A stretch of 64,000 nucleotides of DNA from Gemmatimonadota bacterium (GCA_040389905.1 JAZJZK010000025.1:38051-102050); one strand, 5' to 3'. Shown: positions 1 through 9,700, counted from the stretch's first letter. Numbers and translations: made by a program. Notes: a model not told the origin generated them from the letters alone.

Positions 1-661
1 CCGTCGCTCGCCGAAGCAGGTCGATCTTCCGCTCGTAGTTCGACGCAAAGAGTTTCACGAGCGCCTTGTTGCCCGGATCCTGCGCCAGTGCGGTCCGTGC
101 TTCCGCAATGGCGGAATCCGCGATGCGAAGGCTGCGTTCGACGGTCGCAACGGTGGACGGCGCGAGCGAACTCCGACGTTCCGCCAGCGTGCGCTGAAGC
201 GCTTCCACACTCTTCGTGTAGCCGACTTCCGTCATCGCGAGCCGAGCCGGCAGCGCAACGGCAACGGCGGTCGCGGGTTCCGGCGCAGCGGCGGCCGCGG
301 CAACCACGGTGTCTGGACGCGGATCGACTCTGCGGATGGCGACCGCGGTCAGTGCAGATGACACCACAGCGATGACGGCCGCCGCCGCAACGAGGTTCGA
401 GCGCGACCAGTGGTACTCTCGGGCGAAGCGGCGCGGCTGCCGCGGAGCGAGTTCCGCGCGGATATCGCCCCAAAGATCGGCTGGTGGATCGATCACGCGC
501 GGCAAGGCGGCCGCCGCACTCCCGAGTGCCGACAGCTCGGCGAATTGCTCCGCGCACGCCGCGCACGAACGCATATGGTCGCGAGCCGCCGAGGCGTCGC
601 GCAGGTCGAGCGCGCCGTCCTGGAGGTCGCAGAGTTGGTCGAACGAAAGATGGTCTGTCAT
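1..661 (-). CDS. Zinc-binding (zf-HC2) anti-sigma factor with one TM helix; 3' end runs off the window
   Basis: Not in the ORF track. Manual translation from ATG 661 (ATGA overlap with the sigma stop): MTDHLSFDQLCDLQDGALD...RDHMRSCAAC (HxxxCxxC), hydrophobic LVAAAAVIAVVSSALTAVAI, then a helical C-terminal region. Confidence 0.85.
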   Translation of the reverse strand, partial: MTDHLSFDQLCDLQDGALDLRDASAARDHMRSCAACAEQFAELSALGSAAAALPRVIDPPADLWGDIRAELAPRQPRRFAREYHWSRSNLVAAAAVIAVVSSALTAVAIRRVDPRPDTVVAAAAAAPEPATAVAVALPARLAMTEVGYTKSVEALQRTLAERRSSLAPSTVATVERSLRIADSAIAEARTALAQDPGNKALVKLFASNYERKIDLLRRAT

Positions 662-1242
662 GGACGCAATGCCCTCATGAGCAACTGGCGCGCGCGGTGC
701 AACTGAGCGCGGAGCGTTCCTGCAGCGAGCCCCGTCATGCGCGCGATTTCCTCGTGTGAATACCCTTCGATGTCGTGCAATACGAACGCCCGCCGAACGC
801 CTGGCGGCAGCGCGGCAACGGCTCGCTCCAGATCCACCGCCGTCGCCACGTCGACCGGGGCGGTACTCCCTTCATTCACTTCGTGCGCATCGTCGACATC
901 GTCCTCGGCGAGCGAGACGCGCGCGAGACGACGCCGTTCACTCCGCCGCTGCATGAGCATCGCGTTGACGGCGATGCGATGCAGCCACGTCGTGACGCTC
1001 GACTCCCCGCGAAACTCCGGCAGCGCCTCCCACGCCTTGACGAAAACATCCTGCGTCAACTCACGCGCCTGAACCCGGTCACCCGTGAGTCGCAGGCACA
1101 ACGCGAACACTCGGCCCGCGTGCGCCCGGTACAGCTCCTCGAACGCCTCCACTTCGCCGCGTTGCGCCCGTGACGCCAGCGCTCGTTCCGCTGACGCCTC
1201 GTGCCCGGCGTGGGGCAGGCTGAATGAAAGGGCGCTTGCCAT
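658..1242 (-). CDS. ECF (sigma-70 group 4) RNA polymerase sigma factor
   Basis: Region 2 (AFEELYRAH...ELTQDVFVKAW...TWLHRIAVN) and region 4 (LPPGVRRAFVLHDIEGYSHEEIA...LHRAR). Start re-picked at ATG 1242 within ORF 658..1662. Confidence 0.93.
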   Translation of the reverse strand: MASALSFSLPHAGHEASAERALASRAQRGEVEAFEELYRAHAGRVFALCLRLTGDRVQARELTQDVFVKAWEALPEFRGESSVTTWLHRIAVNAMLMQRRSERRRLARVSLAEDDVDDAHEVNEGSTAPVDVATAVDLERAVAALPPGVRRAFVLHDIEGYSHEEIARMTGLAAGTLRAQLHRARQLLMRALRP

Positions 1243-1353
1243 CTGATCGGTTTGATGCCGGCCGGAGGGCGGATGCTTATTGAACACCGGAGAAAGCTGC
1301 CCGGCGGCGGGATAGTCTGACAGTCCGTGCGTCCCGAAGGCACATTTCGTGGC

Positions 1354-2688
1354 ATGCGTCCACCCTCTCCGAAGCGCGGATTCCCCGGCAAGCTGTTCCT
1401 GTCGCTGACACGCCGTCCCCTCGAATTCCTCACAGGCCTCGCGCGCGAACACGGCGATGTCGTGATGCTCCGGCTTGGACCACAGCCAATCGTGCTCGTG
1501 AACGACCCCGACCGAATCCGGGACGTCCTCGTCACGCATGCCAAGCAGTTCAAGAAGGGACGCGGACTCGAGCGCGCCAAGGCGCTGCTCGGTGAAGGCC
1601 TGCTGACGAGCGAAGGAGAATTTCATCTCCGCCAGCGGCGTCTCGCCCAACCCGCCTTCCATCGCGAACGCATCGCGGCCTATGGCGCGACGATGGGTGC
1701 CTACGCATCCCGCCGCATTTCCAGATGGCGAGATGGACAGACGCTCGATATCTCGAAGGAGATGGCTGGATACACCCTCGCCGTCGTTGGGAAGACACTC
1801 TTCGACGCGGACATCGAGGGCGAAGCGCCGGAAATCGGCGAAGCACTCTCCGCCGCGCTGTCCGTCTTCACCTTCACGATGATTCCATTCGGCACCGCAC
1901 TCATGTGGCTGCCGATTCCCGCCGCGCAGCGGTTCCGTCGCGGCCGCAAGCGACTGGATTCAACGATCTATCGGTTGATCGCCGAGCGGCGCGCGTCAGG
2001 GGAAGACCGCGGCGATCTGCTGTCCATGCTGTTGCTCGCGCATGACACGGAGGGCGACGGCTCCGGCATGAGCGACCTTCAGTTGCGCGACGAAGCGATG
2101 ACGATCTTCCTCGCTGGCCACGAAACGACGGCGAACGCGCTCACTTGGACCTTCTATCTCCTCTCGCAGAACCCGGAGGCCGAAGCGCGACTCCACGCCG
2201 AGCTCGACGCGCTCGGTGACGGTGAGCTTGGCGCCGACGATGTGGCACGACTGCCCTACACACGCGCTGTCGTCGCTGAGTCCATGCGTCTCTATCCACC
2301 GGCGTACGTCGTGGGCCGTCGTGCGCTGGATGACTACCAGATCAACGGATTCACCATCCCCGCGCGGTCGATCATTCTCATGAGCCAATGGGTGGCGCAC
2401 CGCGACCCCCGCTGGTGGCCAGATGCCGAGTCGTTCACGCCGGAACGTTGGCTGCCGGGTGGCAGCGCGAACGACGCGGCGCGTCCGAAGTTCTCGTACT
2501 TCCCATTCGGCGCCGGCACGCGGGTGTGCATCGGCGAGCAGTTCGCGTGGTTGGAGGCGATTCTGGCGCTCGCCACGATGGCGCGGCGCTGGCGACTCGA
2601 GCTCGCACCCGGCGAGCGCGCCGAGCGTCAACCGATTGTCGTGTTGAGAGCCAAGGGCGGAATGCGGATGATCACGCACGCACGTTGA
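1354..2688 (+). CDS. Cytochrome P450
   Basis: I-helix AGHETT, ExxR (ESMR), PERW, heme-binding FPFGAGTRVCIG. Confidence 0.96.
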   Translation: MRPPSPKRGFPGKLFLSLTRRPLEFLTGLAREHGDVVMLRLGPQPIVLVNDPDRIRDVLVTHAKQFKKGRGLERAKALLGEGLLTSEGEFHLRQRRLAQPAFHRERIAAYGATMGAYASRRISRWRDGQTLDISKEMAGYTLAVVGKTLFDADIEGEAPEIGEALSAALSVFTFTMIPFGTALMWLPIPAAQRFRRGRKRLDSTIYRLIAERRASGEDRGDLLSMLLLAHDTEGDGSGMSDLQLRDEAMTIFLAGHETTANALTWTFYLLSQNPEAEARLHAELDALGDGELGADDVARLPYTRAVVAESMRLYPPAYVVGRRALDDYQINGFTIPARSIILMSQWVAHRDPRWWPDAESFTPERWLPGGSANDAARPKFSYFPFGAGTRVCIGEQFAWLEAILALATMARRWRLELAPGERAERQPIVVLRAKGGMRMITHAR

Positions 2689-3364
2689 GTGGGGAGCTGT
2701 CGAAGTTGCGGCGGAGGTCGGCTGGGTCGTCATAAATTGCCAACGCATTCGAGAGCGCCACATCGGACCACCAACCGCCGCACCTGAGCGCAATCGTCGG
2801 GACGCGTGCAGCGGCGCCGGCGTCGATGTCGTACGGCGTATCACCGATGAGCAGGCTGTGCGCCGCGAAGCGATGCGCTTTTCGCAGGGCGGCTTGCACG
2901 ATGTCCGGATCGGGCTTGGAGTTGTCCGCGTCGTCCGCAGACGCCGCCGCCTGGATCAGGTCCGCAACGCCCGCCTGTTGCAGGATGGCGCTGACTTCCT
3001 CCGCTTGCGCCGAGGTGGCAACGACGAGTTCGAGTCCTTCGCTCGTGAGGAATTCGAGGAGATCGCGTGCGCCCTTCGTCGGCCGCAGGGCGGGCAGCTC
3101 CTTTCGGAACAGTGCGCCGCGTGACTCGCCAATGCGCTCGGCTTCAGCACTGTCGCTGTCGAGTCCGACGAGAATTGGCAGCAGTTTGTCGCCGCCCATC
3201 CCGATCAATGGCCGCACCTCGTCGAATTGGACGACGTATCCGTGCTCGGCGAGGGCGCAGACCCAGGCGCGCGCGTGCGCATCGTTACTGTCGATGAGCG
3301 TGCCATCGATGTCGAGCAGGACGACGCGAAGTGCGTCGCCGGGTGGGTGGAGTTTGGTGGTCAT
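2672..3364 (-). CDS. HAD-superfamily hydrolase (phosphatase-like)
   Basis: Motif I DIDGTLIDS, motif II ATS, KPDP, motif IV GDTPYD. Confidence 0.92.
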   Translation of the reverse strand: MTTKLHPPGDALRVVLLDIDGTLIDSNDAHARAWVCALAEHGYVVQFDEVRPLIGMGGDKLLPILVGLDSDSAEAERIGESRGALFRKELPALRPTKGARDLLEFLTSEGLELVVATSAQAEEVSAILQQAGVADLIQAAASADDADNSKPDPDIVQAALRKAHRFAAHSLLIGDTPYDIDAGAAARVPTIALRCGGWWSDVALSNALAIYDDPADLRRNFDSSPLNVRA

Positions 3365-3410
3365 GCTCTGATGCCGGTCAAGTTGGGTGCCGTCGGCGCC
3401 AACGCTTGGG

Positions 3411-3500
3411 TGTGACCCCGAGCAAGCGAAGCGCGTCGAGGGGTCTGCACTTCAAACCTGGACTGAAGGTGCAGATGCCTCGACTTCGCTCGGGATGACA
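3411..3500. repeat. REP-like palindromic pair (family A)
   Basis: TGTGACCCCGAGC...GAGGGGTCTGCAC followed by inverted GGTGCAGATGCCTCGAC...GCTCGGGATGACA; the same module recurs across the window. Confidence 0.8.
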
Positions 3501-3539
3501 GACTTTCACTCCTCCACGCCAGCAATAGCTTTCGCGATC

Positions 3540-4703
3540 ATGACAGAGCCGAGTGTCGCAGTCGGTAAGAACGCCCGCCGCACGGAATTGTTCGTGGCGG
3601 CGCTGTGGGTGATCGCGGTCGTCGTTGCCACTGTGCAACAAGGCATCACGCACCAGAACAACAACTTCCTGATCTTCCGCGCCGCGTCGATTCATTTGCT
3701 GCACGCACAGGATCTCTACGCGGCATACCCCGCCCTGCACTTCGATTTTTACAAGTACAGTCCGACCTTCGCGCTGCTGTTCCTGCCGTTCGCCGTTTTG
3801 CCGCTCGCGCTCTCGATGCTCGCGTGGAACGCACTCAACGCGGGCGTCCTCTGGTTCGCACTGGGCTCGATTCTCCCGAAACGTGCCGCGACGATCGCGC
3901 GAGGCACCGTGTTTCTCGACATGCTCGGCTCGCTGCAAAACGTGCAGAGTAACGCACTGGTGGCGGGGCTCATCATCATGACCTTCGCCGCGTACGAGCG
4001 GCGACATACGGTCCTGGGCAGTCTTGCGGCAAACGTTGGCGCCGTGATCAAGGTCTTCCCGCTCGCGGGCGTGAGCTTCGCGATTTTTCATCCGCGCAAG
4101 CTGCGCGTCGCGATCGCCGTATTTCTTGGCATGGTGTTGATGCTGCTGTTGCCATTGCTGGTCACCTCACCAGACCAACTGCTCGCGCAATACGCATCCT
4201 GGCGCGCCATCGAGTCGAAGGACGCACTGGATCGGGGCTTTACGGTCATGCAGATGATCGAGATCGCGCTTCGCCAGAACTGGCCCAACTGGCCGCAGCA
4301 GCTCGCGGGCACGTTGCTGCTCGTCGCGCCGGTGCTCGTGCGGCGCGAGCGGTGGCCGGAGTGGTCGTTTCGGCTGACGTATCTCGCGTCGGTGCTGGTC
4401 TACTGCGTGATCTTCAATCACCAGTCGGAGAGTCCGACCTTCGTGATCGGCGTCGCTGGTGCGGCGATCTGGTTCGCGGCGCTCGATCGGTGGACGCGAG
4501 GCCAGTGGGCGCTGTTCGCGTTCGTCGTGGTCGGGACCATTCTCGCGTCATCGGACGTGATGCCCAAGAGCATTCAGCGCTCGGTGTTCGATGCATACCA
4601 TGCAAAGACGATCCCGTGCATCGTGCTGTGGGTGGTGATGCAGGTATCGTTGTGGCGTGGCTCCGGGCTAACGAACGTACCCGGTACACAGTACAACCCC
4701 TGA
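3540..4703 (+). CDS. GT-C fold membrane glycosyltransferase (GT87/DUF2029-like)
   Basis: Multi-TM protein with NNFLIF...DLY...YKYSPTFALLFLPFA, QSN and IKVFP motifs. Start re-picked at ATG 3540; the upstream extension is repeat DNA. Confidence 0.8.
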   Translation: MTEPSVAVGKNARRTELFVAALWVIAVVVATVQQGITHQNNNFLIFRAASIHLLHAQDLYAAYPALHFDFYKYSPTFALLFLPFAVLPLALSMLAWNALNAGVLWFALGSILPKRAATIARGTVFLDMLGSLQNVQSNALVAGLIIMTFAAYERRHTVLGSLAANVGAVIKVFPLAGVSFAIFHPRKLRVAIAVFLGMVLMLLLPLLVTSPDQLLAQYASWRAIESKDALDRGFTVMQMIEIALRQNWPNWPQQLAGTLLLVAPVLVRRERWPEWSFRLTYLASVLVYCVIFNHQSESPTFVIGVAGAAIWFAALDRWTRGQWALFAFVVVGTILASSDVMPKSIQRSVFDAYHAKTIPCIVLWVVMQVSLWRGSGLTNVPGTQYNP

Positions 4704-4926
4704 CGTACGAAGTACCCTGAACTGGGTACCCGGACTGGCATCCACGCCAAGAAGAGCCATCGACACAGCGGATGGCGTCGAGCCAACGCCGAACGCCGTC
4801 TGACGTTGCGAAGGGCGTTATTCGTGACGCTCCTTTCCAATGGCTCTTCTTGGGAAGTATGCCAGTCCGGGTACCCGAGCCCGGGTACCTCGTACGTTTG
4901 TGGTTGTACCCGGTACGGTTGTACGT
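4675..4926. repeat. Long imperfect inverted repeat (~250 nt) with GTAC-periodic arms between convergent genes
   Basis: GGGTACCCGGACTGGCAT 4724-4741 pairs with 4859-4876; CCAAGAAGAGCCAT 4747-4760 pairs with 4840-4853; outer GTAC-containing blocks also pair. Confidence 0.8.
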
Positions 4927-4945
4927 CGGTTGCCCAAGCCGTCAG

Positions 4946-5845
4946 TCAGAGCGACGCGAAATTCACGAGCTGGATATCCCCGCGCGTGAGCCGCTCCCGC
5001 ACGGCCGGCGAGCACAGGGCCCGCACCTCACGCTCTCGCTCCGCCCGATAGGGGTCCTGCGCCGCAAGCACTGCGTCGTCGTACCCCGGGTGCAGCATGA
5101 TCTCCGTCGCGCCCGCTGGCAGGTGACTCAACAGGTCGAGCAGGCGCGCTTCGACGTCTGGCGCCCCTTGCAGCGCGATGCCGCGAAAGGTCGGCGACCG
5201 CGCGATCCACGCCCGATCCTCGCTCGTCGTTCCTCGCATCGCTGCATGCCACGAGGCATGGAGTACGAGCATCTTGGCAGCGATCCCCGGCTCGCCCATC
5301 GACGGCGCGTCGAGTGGACGGCGCACAATGCGAACGCCGGCCGCGCGCGCGCTCGAGAGCACCGCAGGCAGGATTCCGGGAAGGGCGTGCGTGTGCCGGT
5401 GGCTGTCGATGTGCGTGGCCTGCACGCCCTCGCGCCCGAGTGCAGCGAGTTGTGCGTCGCACTCCTGGCGGACATCGATCGCGCTCACCCGGCCGATCAT
5501 CGCCCGCCGAGCAAGCTCCGTCAGCGGATAAAACGTTCCGGTGCGCGGATCGACGAGCGTCGGCGCTGAGGAGAGTGGGCGCCCGGTCAGGAGATTGAAA
5601 TGGAGCCCGACGCCGAGTGTCGGCACCCGCTCGCGAAGCAGCGCGCACGCTTCGCCGAACGCCGGCGTATTCACCATCATCGACGCCGATGGCAGCGACC
5701 CTGCCTCATGCGCTTCGACAATCCCGCGGTTTACACCGGGTGCGAACCCGAAGTCGTCGGCATTGATGACGAGCAACGCGGTGGGCAGGGTACTATCGAA
5801 CCTGGTAATCGGGCTTCGAGATGCCGTGCGGCGGAGTGTGAACAC
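4946..5845 (-). CDS. YdjC/ChbG/HpnK-family carbohydrate deacetylase (true start uncertain: 5845, 5788 or 5776)
   Basis: INADDFG, GLHFNL, THIDSHRHTH, EIMLHPG and ERE motifs. Confidence 0.92.
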   Translation of the reverse strand: MFTLRRTASRSPITRFDSTLPTALLVINADDFGFAPGVNRGIVEAHEAGSLPSASMMVNTPAFGEACALLRERVPTLGVGLHFNLLTGRPLSSAPTLVDPRTGTFYPLTELARRAMIGRVSAIDVRQECDAQLAALGREGVQATHIDSHRHTHALPGILPAVLSSARAAGVRIVRRPLDAPSMGEPGIAAKMLVLHASWHAAMRGTTSEDRAWIARSPTFRGIALQGAPDVEARLLDLLSHLPAGATEIMLHPGYDDAVLAAQDPYRAEREREVRALCSPAVRERLTRGDIQLVNFASL

Positions 5846-6656
5846 CGCGAACCCACTTATCCTCTGGCGGGAACGTGAACCGCTTGTTGGCCGCGATGTA
5901 TTGGCCGCTCCACGCGTTCGTTCGCACGCGCCAGATGTCGATGAACATCCGTCGACTGTCGCTGGCGAAACGCATCGTCGTCGGCTCGTCGTCGTAGCGG
6001 AAATTCACCGCGGTCTGCTTGATCGAGAGGCCATACTGCTGTGCGATGTAGAGGCACTCGATATCGAAGCCAAAGCCAGGAATCGTCGTGCGTGAAAAGC
6101 ACAGCTCCGCCGCTTCGGCCGAGAAGCCCTTGAGGCCGGCCTGCGTGTCGAGAATGCCGGGGAGGAGGAACATCTGCACGACCTTGTTGAACGCGCGGCT
6201 CATCAGGTGGCGCGTGTACAGGTAGTGAAAGAAGCTCGGACTCATCAAGTAGCGCGACTCAGGCAGCACTCGGCAGGCGATGGCCACGTCGGCGCCGTCT
6301 TTCAACTCGCGGACGATCTTGTGCACCTCGTCGAGCGGATACGCCAGATCGACATCGGTGAACACGCGGTACCGCCCCGTGGCAGCCTGCATGCCCCGCG
6401 TGACGGAGTATCCCTTGCCGCAGTTCTGCGCGTTGCGCAAGAGCCGCGCATACGTGGTACGCCGTTCGAAGTCCTCGAGTATGAGCTGGGTCTCGACTTC
6501 GGTCGAGCAGTCGTCGACGAAGATGACCTCGACCGACCCCGGGTACCGCGTCGCGAACGCGTCGACCGCGCGCAACGTCGCCGGGAGCTGATCGGCGGCA
6601 TTGTAGACCGGAATGATCAGCGACAACACTGGAATGTCCGACTGCGGACCGATCAT
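5793..6656 (-). CDS. GT2 polyprenol-phosphate glycosyltransferase (dolichyl-P-glucose synthase-like)
   Basis: LSLIIPVYN, VDDCST, NCGKG, FTDVDL, DTQAGLKGF, FGFDIE; GAGG RBS before ATG 6656. Confidence 0.9.
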   Translation of the reverse strand: MIGPQSDIPVLSLIIPVYNAADQLPATLRAVDAFATRYPGSVEVIFVDDCSTEVETQLILEDFERRTTYARLLRNAQNCGKGYSVTRGMQAATGRYRVFTDVDLAYPLDEVHKIVRELKDGADVAIACRVLPESRYLMSPSFFHYLYTRHLMSRAFNKVVQMFLLPGILDTQAGLKGFSAEAAELCFSRTTIPGFGFDIECLYIAQQYGLSIKQTAVNFRYDDEPTTMRFASDSRRMFIDIWRVRTNAWSGQYIAANKRFTFPPEDKWVRGVHTPPHGISKPDYQVR

Positions 6657-7015
6657 CTGCACCTCGATTAACGACTGGAAACGGTGGGCGTCTCCCTACA
6701 GCAAGCAAAGTCTTCCGCAGCGGCTGGTACAGCGTCCGGGCACTTCTCGGCCGCATAGGGTGTGGCGCGTGCGGTGTGTCTTACCAATACGACGGACCCC
6801 TGCCCACGTCACTACGCCTGCGGCGTGACGGGGATTTCGGTGTTTCCATTCGACGTGGATAGTTGCCGTGCCATGGAAATCTAGCGCGGCAACGCCATCG
6901 GGTGCCATGCCAAAACTGGTGTTTATCTGGCGCGTCGGCCGCGAAACGCACGAGCGCCCGGCACGGTCGCCGAGCGCTCTGTTTTCTGTCCGGAACTACT
7001 GTCGGATGCGGCTGG

Positions 7016-7633
7016 TCAGGGCGTGGCCAACTTACTCTGGAGCGCCTTTGCCTGGTCGAGGTGCTTCTGGATCGTTGGCGTCGCCTTCTGGATCATTGCC
7101 TTGAGGTCCGCGTTCTGCGCGTTGTTGGCGGCCTCCTGGGCGAACGCCAGCACCTTTTCGTGGCCAGTAACCATATGATCGATGTAGAACTTGTCCCATG
7201 CCGCGCCCTTGGGGGTGGCCTTCATGCTGTCCGCGACCGCCGCTTCCTGCGCGGCGTCCGCATCGCCCGCCGGTAGCGCCGGTGTAATGCTTGCCTTCTT
7301 CGCGAGAGCCATTCCCTCGACACGGAGCGCGTGATGGTCCTTCATCATCATGCGCCCGTACTCCTTGATGCCTGCGGCCGTTCCCATGCTCGCCGCCAGC
7401 GCCCCCGCGCTGCTGTCGGCAGCGTTGTCACCATCGAGTTTCGCGAGGATATTGGCGTCGGTCAGTGCCGGAGGCGGCGGTGGCGGCGCTGGCGTCGCAG
7501 CCGCCGCGGCGGCAGCGGCCGAATCGGCAGCCTTCGCGCTGTCGGCGGCCTTGTCGCCGGAGCCGCAGGCGGCGAGCGCCGTAGTGGTCAGAAGCGCAAA
7601 AAGCGACGGACGGCGAAGCAGACGACGTAGCAT
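7016..7633 (-). CDS. DUF4142 domain lipoprotein
   Basis: Lipobox LAAC, Ala/Pro linker, then YGRMMMKDH...WDKFYIDHMVTGHEK...PTIQKHL; GGGAGG RBS. Confidence 0.85.
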   Translation of the reverse strand: MLRRLLRRPSLFALLTTTALAACGSGDKAADSAKAADSAAAAAAAATPAPPPPPPALTDANILAKLDGDNAADSSAGALAASMGTAAGIKEYGRMMMKDHHALRVEGMALAKKASITPALPAGDADAAQEAAVADSMKATPKGAAWDKFYIDHMVTGHEKVLAFAQEAANNAQNADLKAMIQKATPTIQKHLDQAKALQSKLATP

Positions 7634-7839
7634 TTGACCTCCCAGGCGGTATCGTTTCCACGTTCCTACAGAGCCGGTCGTCGTTTTGCAAAAAGCATAC
7701 GATACTGGACGCAACACCCGCGGTGGTGCCGCTGACTCCGCTCTCGTTCCGCGTTGACTCAATCTTCTGCCAGACGGGGCCGATAATGACGTTGGCAAGG
7801 CCTGGCAGTTCTCAGGGACCGCGCTGAGTGATTACTTAA

Positions 7840-9561
7840 TTGACTCCACTGCTGGCTGACGCCTTGCCGAATACCGAAACGATTATCGTGGTCGAGGATG
7901 ACGTCTGGGTGCGCCAGATCGCCATTCGTTCGTTGCGCGCCGCCGGGTACTCGGTGCTCGACGCGTGTGACGGTCAGACCGCGCTCACACTTTCGGACGA
8001 GCACGCAGGCCCGATCCATCTCGTGCTGTCGGACGCGATCATGCCGGGCATGACCGGCGCCACGGTCGTCGAACGACTTCGGCAGTCGCGACCGGGCATC
8101 AAGGCCGTCTTCATGTCCGGCTATTCCGGCGTGGAAGTCACCGGCAAGGGCATCGACGCGTCGCAAGTTGGCTTTGTCCAGAAGCCCTTCGCGATTCCCG
8201 ATCTGGTTCGCATCGTCCGCGAGCAGCTCGACACACCGGATCCTTCAGCCGTGGCGAGCGATACAAACGATGATCCGCTTCGTGGCATTCTCGCCGACTC
8301 CGCACGCCTTCAGGCGCTTCGAGGCACCGATTTGCTCGACTCGCCGAGTGAAGAGTCGTTCGACCGTCTTACTCGCCTCGCCGCGCGCTTCCTCGACGTC
8401 CCGCTCGCGTTCGTCGTTCTCGTCGACGATGATCGCGTCTATTTCAAGTCCGTTGCGGGGAGGCTCGCGAGTGGCGTCACCCAGGAGATGCGCGGCGCGA
8501 CGCTCTGCCAAGGCATCGTGGCAAGCACGGCACCGCTGGTCGTGGCCGACGTCGCAGCCAATCCAGCGCTTGCGCAGCTGACCGACGTCAAGGCGATCCA
8601 GTCGCGCGCATGGTTGGGGGTGCCGTTGGTGGTCGACGCGTATGTGATCGGCGCCCTCGCCATAGCCGACATCGAACCCCGCCAGTGGTCCGCCGATGTC
8701 GTGACTGCGCTCGAGGATCTGGCGGCCGCCGTGATGGACGCCATCAACCTCCGCACGGCGACGCGCCGGAGCGCCGAGGCGCGCGCCGCGCTCGGTCGCG
8801 CCAGCGGCCAGCTCTTCCTCGCCAAGAACAGTGCAGAAGTCGCAAACCGTTCGAAGGAAGAGTTCCTGACGCGAATGAATCACGAGTTGCGGACACCGCT
8901 CAACTCGATCATCGGCTTCACCAACGTGCTCCGGCGCAACTCCGCGAACGCGCTCGGCAACCGTGAGTTGCAATATCTGGAGCGGATCGGTGTCAACAGC
9001 GTGCAGCTCCTCGAGCTGGTGGACCGCATCCTCGACCTGTCGAAGATCGCCTACGGAGAGCTCCGCGTTCGCTACTCCTGGGTACACATCGACGAGGTGT
9101 GCCGGTCCGTGTGCGATGAATTCGCCGACCGCGCGCGGGAGGCTGGCCTGTCACTCGAGTTTCAGCTCGAGCCGTCAGGCGAAAACGCGAAACCGTGCAC
9201 GCCCATTCACACCGATGAGAGCAAGCTGCGCCAGATCCTCATCAACCTCGTTGGCAACGCCGTCAAGTTCACGCCCTCGGGTGGCAAGGTCGTGATTGTC
9301 CTGGTATGTGACGCGAGTTCCGGCGCGCCCATGCGGCTCGACATTCGGGACAACGGAATCGGCATCGCCCCCGAAGCGCGCGCGCGCGTGTTCGAGGCGT
9401 TCGAGCAGGCCGAGGACGACACCGGGGCGCGCTTTGGTGGCACGGGTGTGGGCTTGAGAATCTCACGCGCCCTGTGCGAGTCGCTCGGCTTCGAGCTGAC
9501 GCTGGAGAGCGAGCCCGGAAAAGGGTCGACGTTCAGCGTCGTCTTTGGAACGATGGCCTAG
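7840..9561 (+). CDS. Hybrid sensor histidine kinase, REC-GAF-HisKA-HATPase
   Basis: N-terminal receiver (VEDD, LSDAIMP, QKPF), GAF (LLDSPSEESFDRLTRLA), H-box NHELRTPLN, N/G boxes NAVKF, DNGIG, GTGVGL. Confidence 0.92.
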   Translation: MTPLLADALPNTETIIVVEDDVWVRQIAIRSLRAAGYSVLDACDGQTALTLSDEHAGPIHLVLSDAIMPGMTGATVVERLRQSRPGIKAVFMSGYSGVEVTGKGIDASQVGFVQKPFAIPDLVRIVREQLDTPDPSAVASDTNDDPLRGILADSARLQALRGTDLLDSPSEESFDRLTRLAARFLDVPLAFVVLVDDDRVYFKSVAGRLASGVTQEMRGATLCQGIVASTAPLVVADVAANPALAQLTDVKAIQSRAWLGVPLVVDAYVIGALAIADIEPRQWSADVVTALEDLAAAVMDAINLRTATRRSAEARAALGRASGQLFLAKNSAEVANRSKEEFLTRMNHELRTPLNSIIGFTNVLRRNSANALGNRELQYLERIGVNSVQLLELVDRILDLSKIAYGELRVRYSWVHIDEVCRSVCDEFADRAREAGLSLEFQLEPSGENAKPCTPIHTDESKLRQILINLVGNAVKFTPSGGKVVIVLVCDASSGAPMRLDIRDNGIGIAPEARARVFEAFEQAEDDTGARFGGTGVGLRISRALCESLGFELTLESEPGKGSTFSVVFGTMA

Positions 9562-9594
9562 CGAGCGCAACTGTCCGGGTTGGCAGAGGACTGC

Positions 9595-9700
9595 GAACCA
9601 ACAACAAATGAACCACAGAGGACACAGAGGACACGGAGAACACCCATGAGTGGTCCTCTGTGTCCTCTGTGTCCTCTGTGGTTCATTTGTTGTTTGGTTC
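9595..9700. repeat. Near-perfect palindrome of CACAGAGGA 9-mers (family B), possible bidirectional terminator
   Basis: ACAACAAATGAACCACAGAGGACACAGAGGACACGGAG and its near reverse complement flank a short loop between convergent genes. Confidence 0.85.

Noticed and set aside
1243..1662. N-terminal extension of the sigma ORF 658..1662
   Set aside because: Mostly antisense to the P450 gene; sigma similarity begins after ATG 1242.
3387..3539. N-terminal extension of the GT87 ORF
   Set aside because: Read-through of a family A repeat; ATG 3540 precedes the first TM helix.
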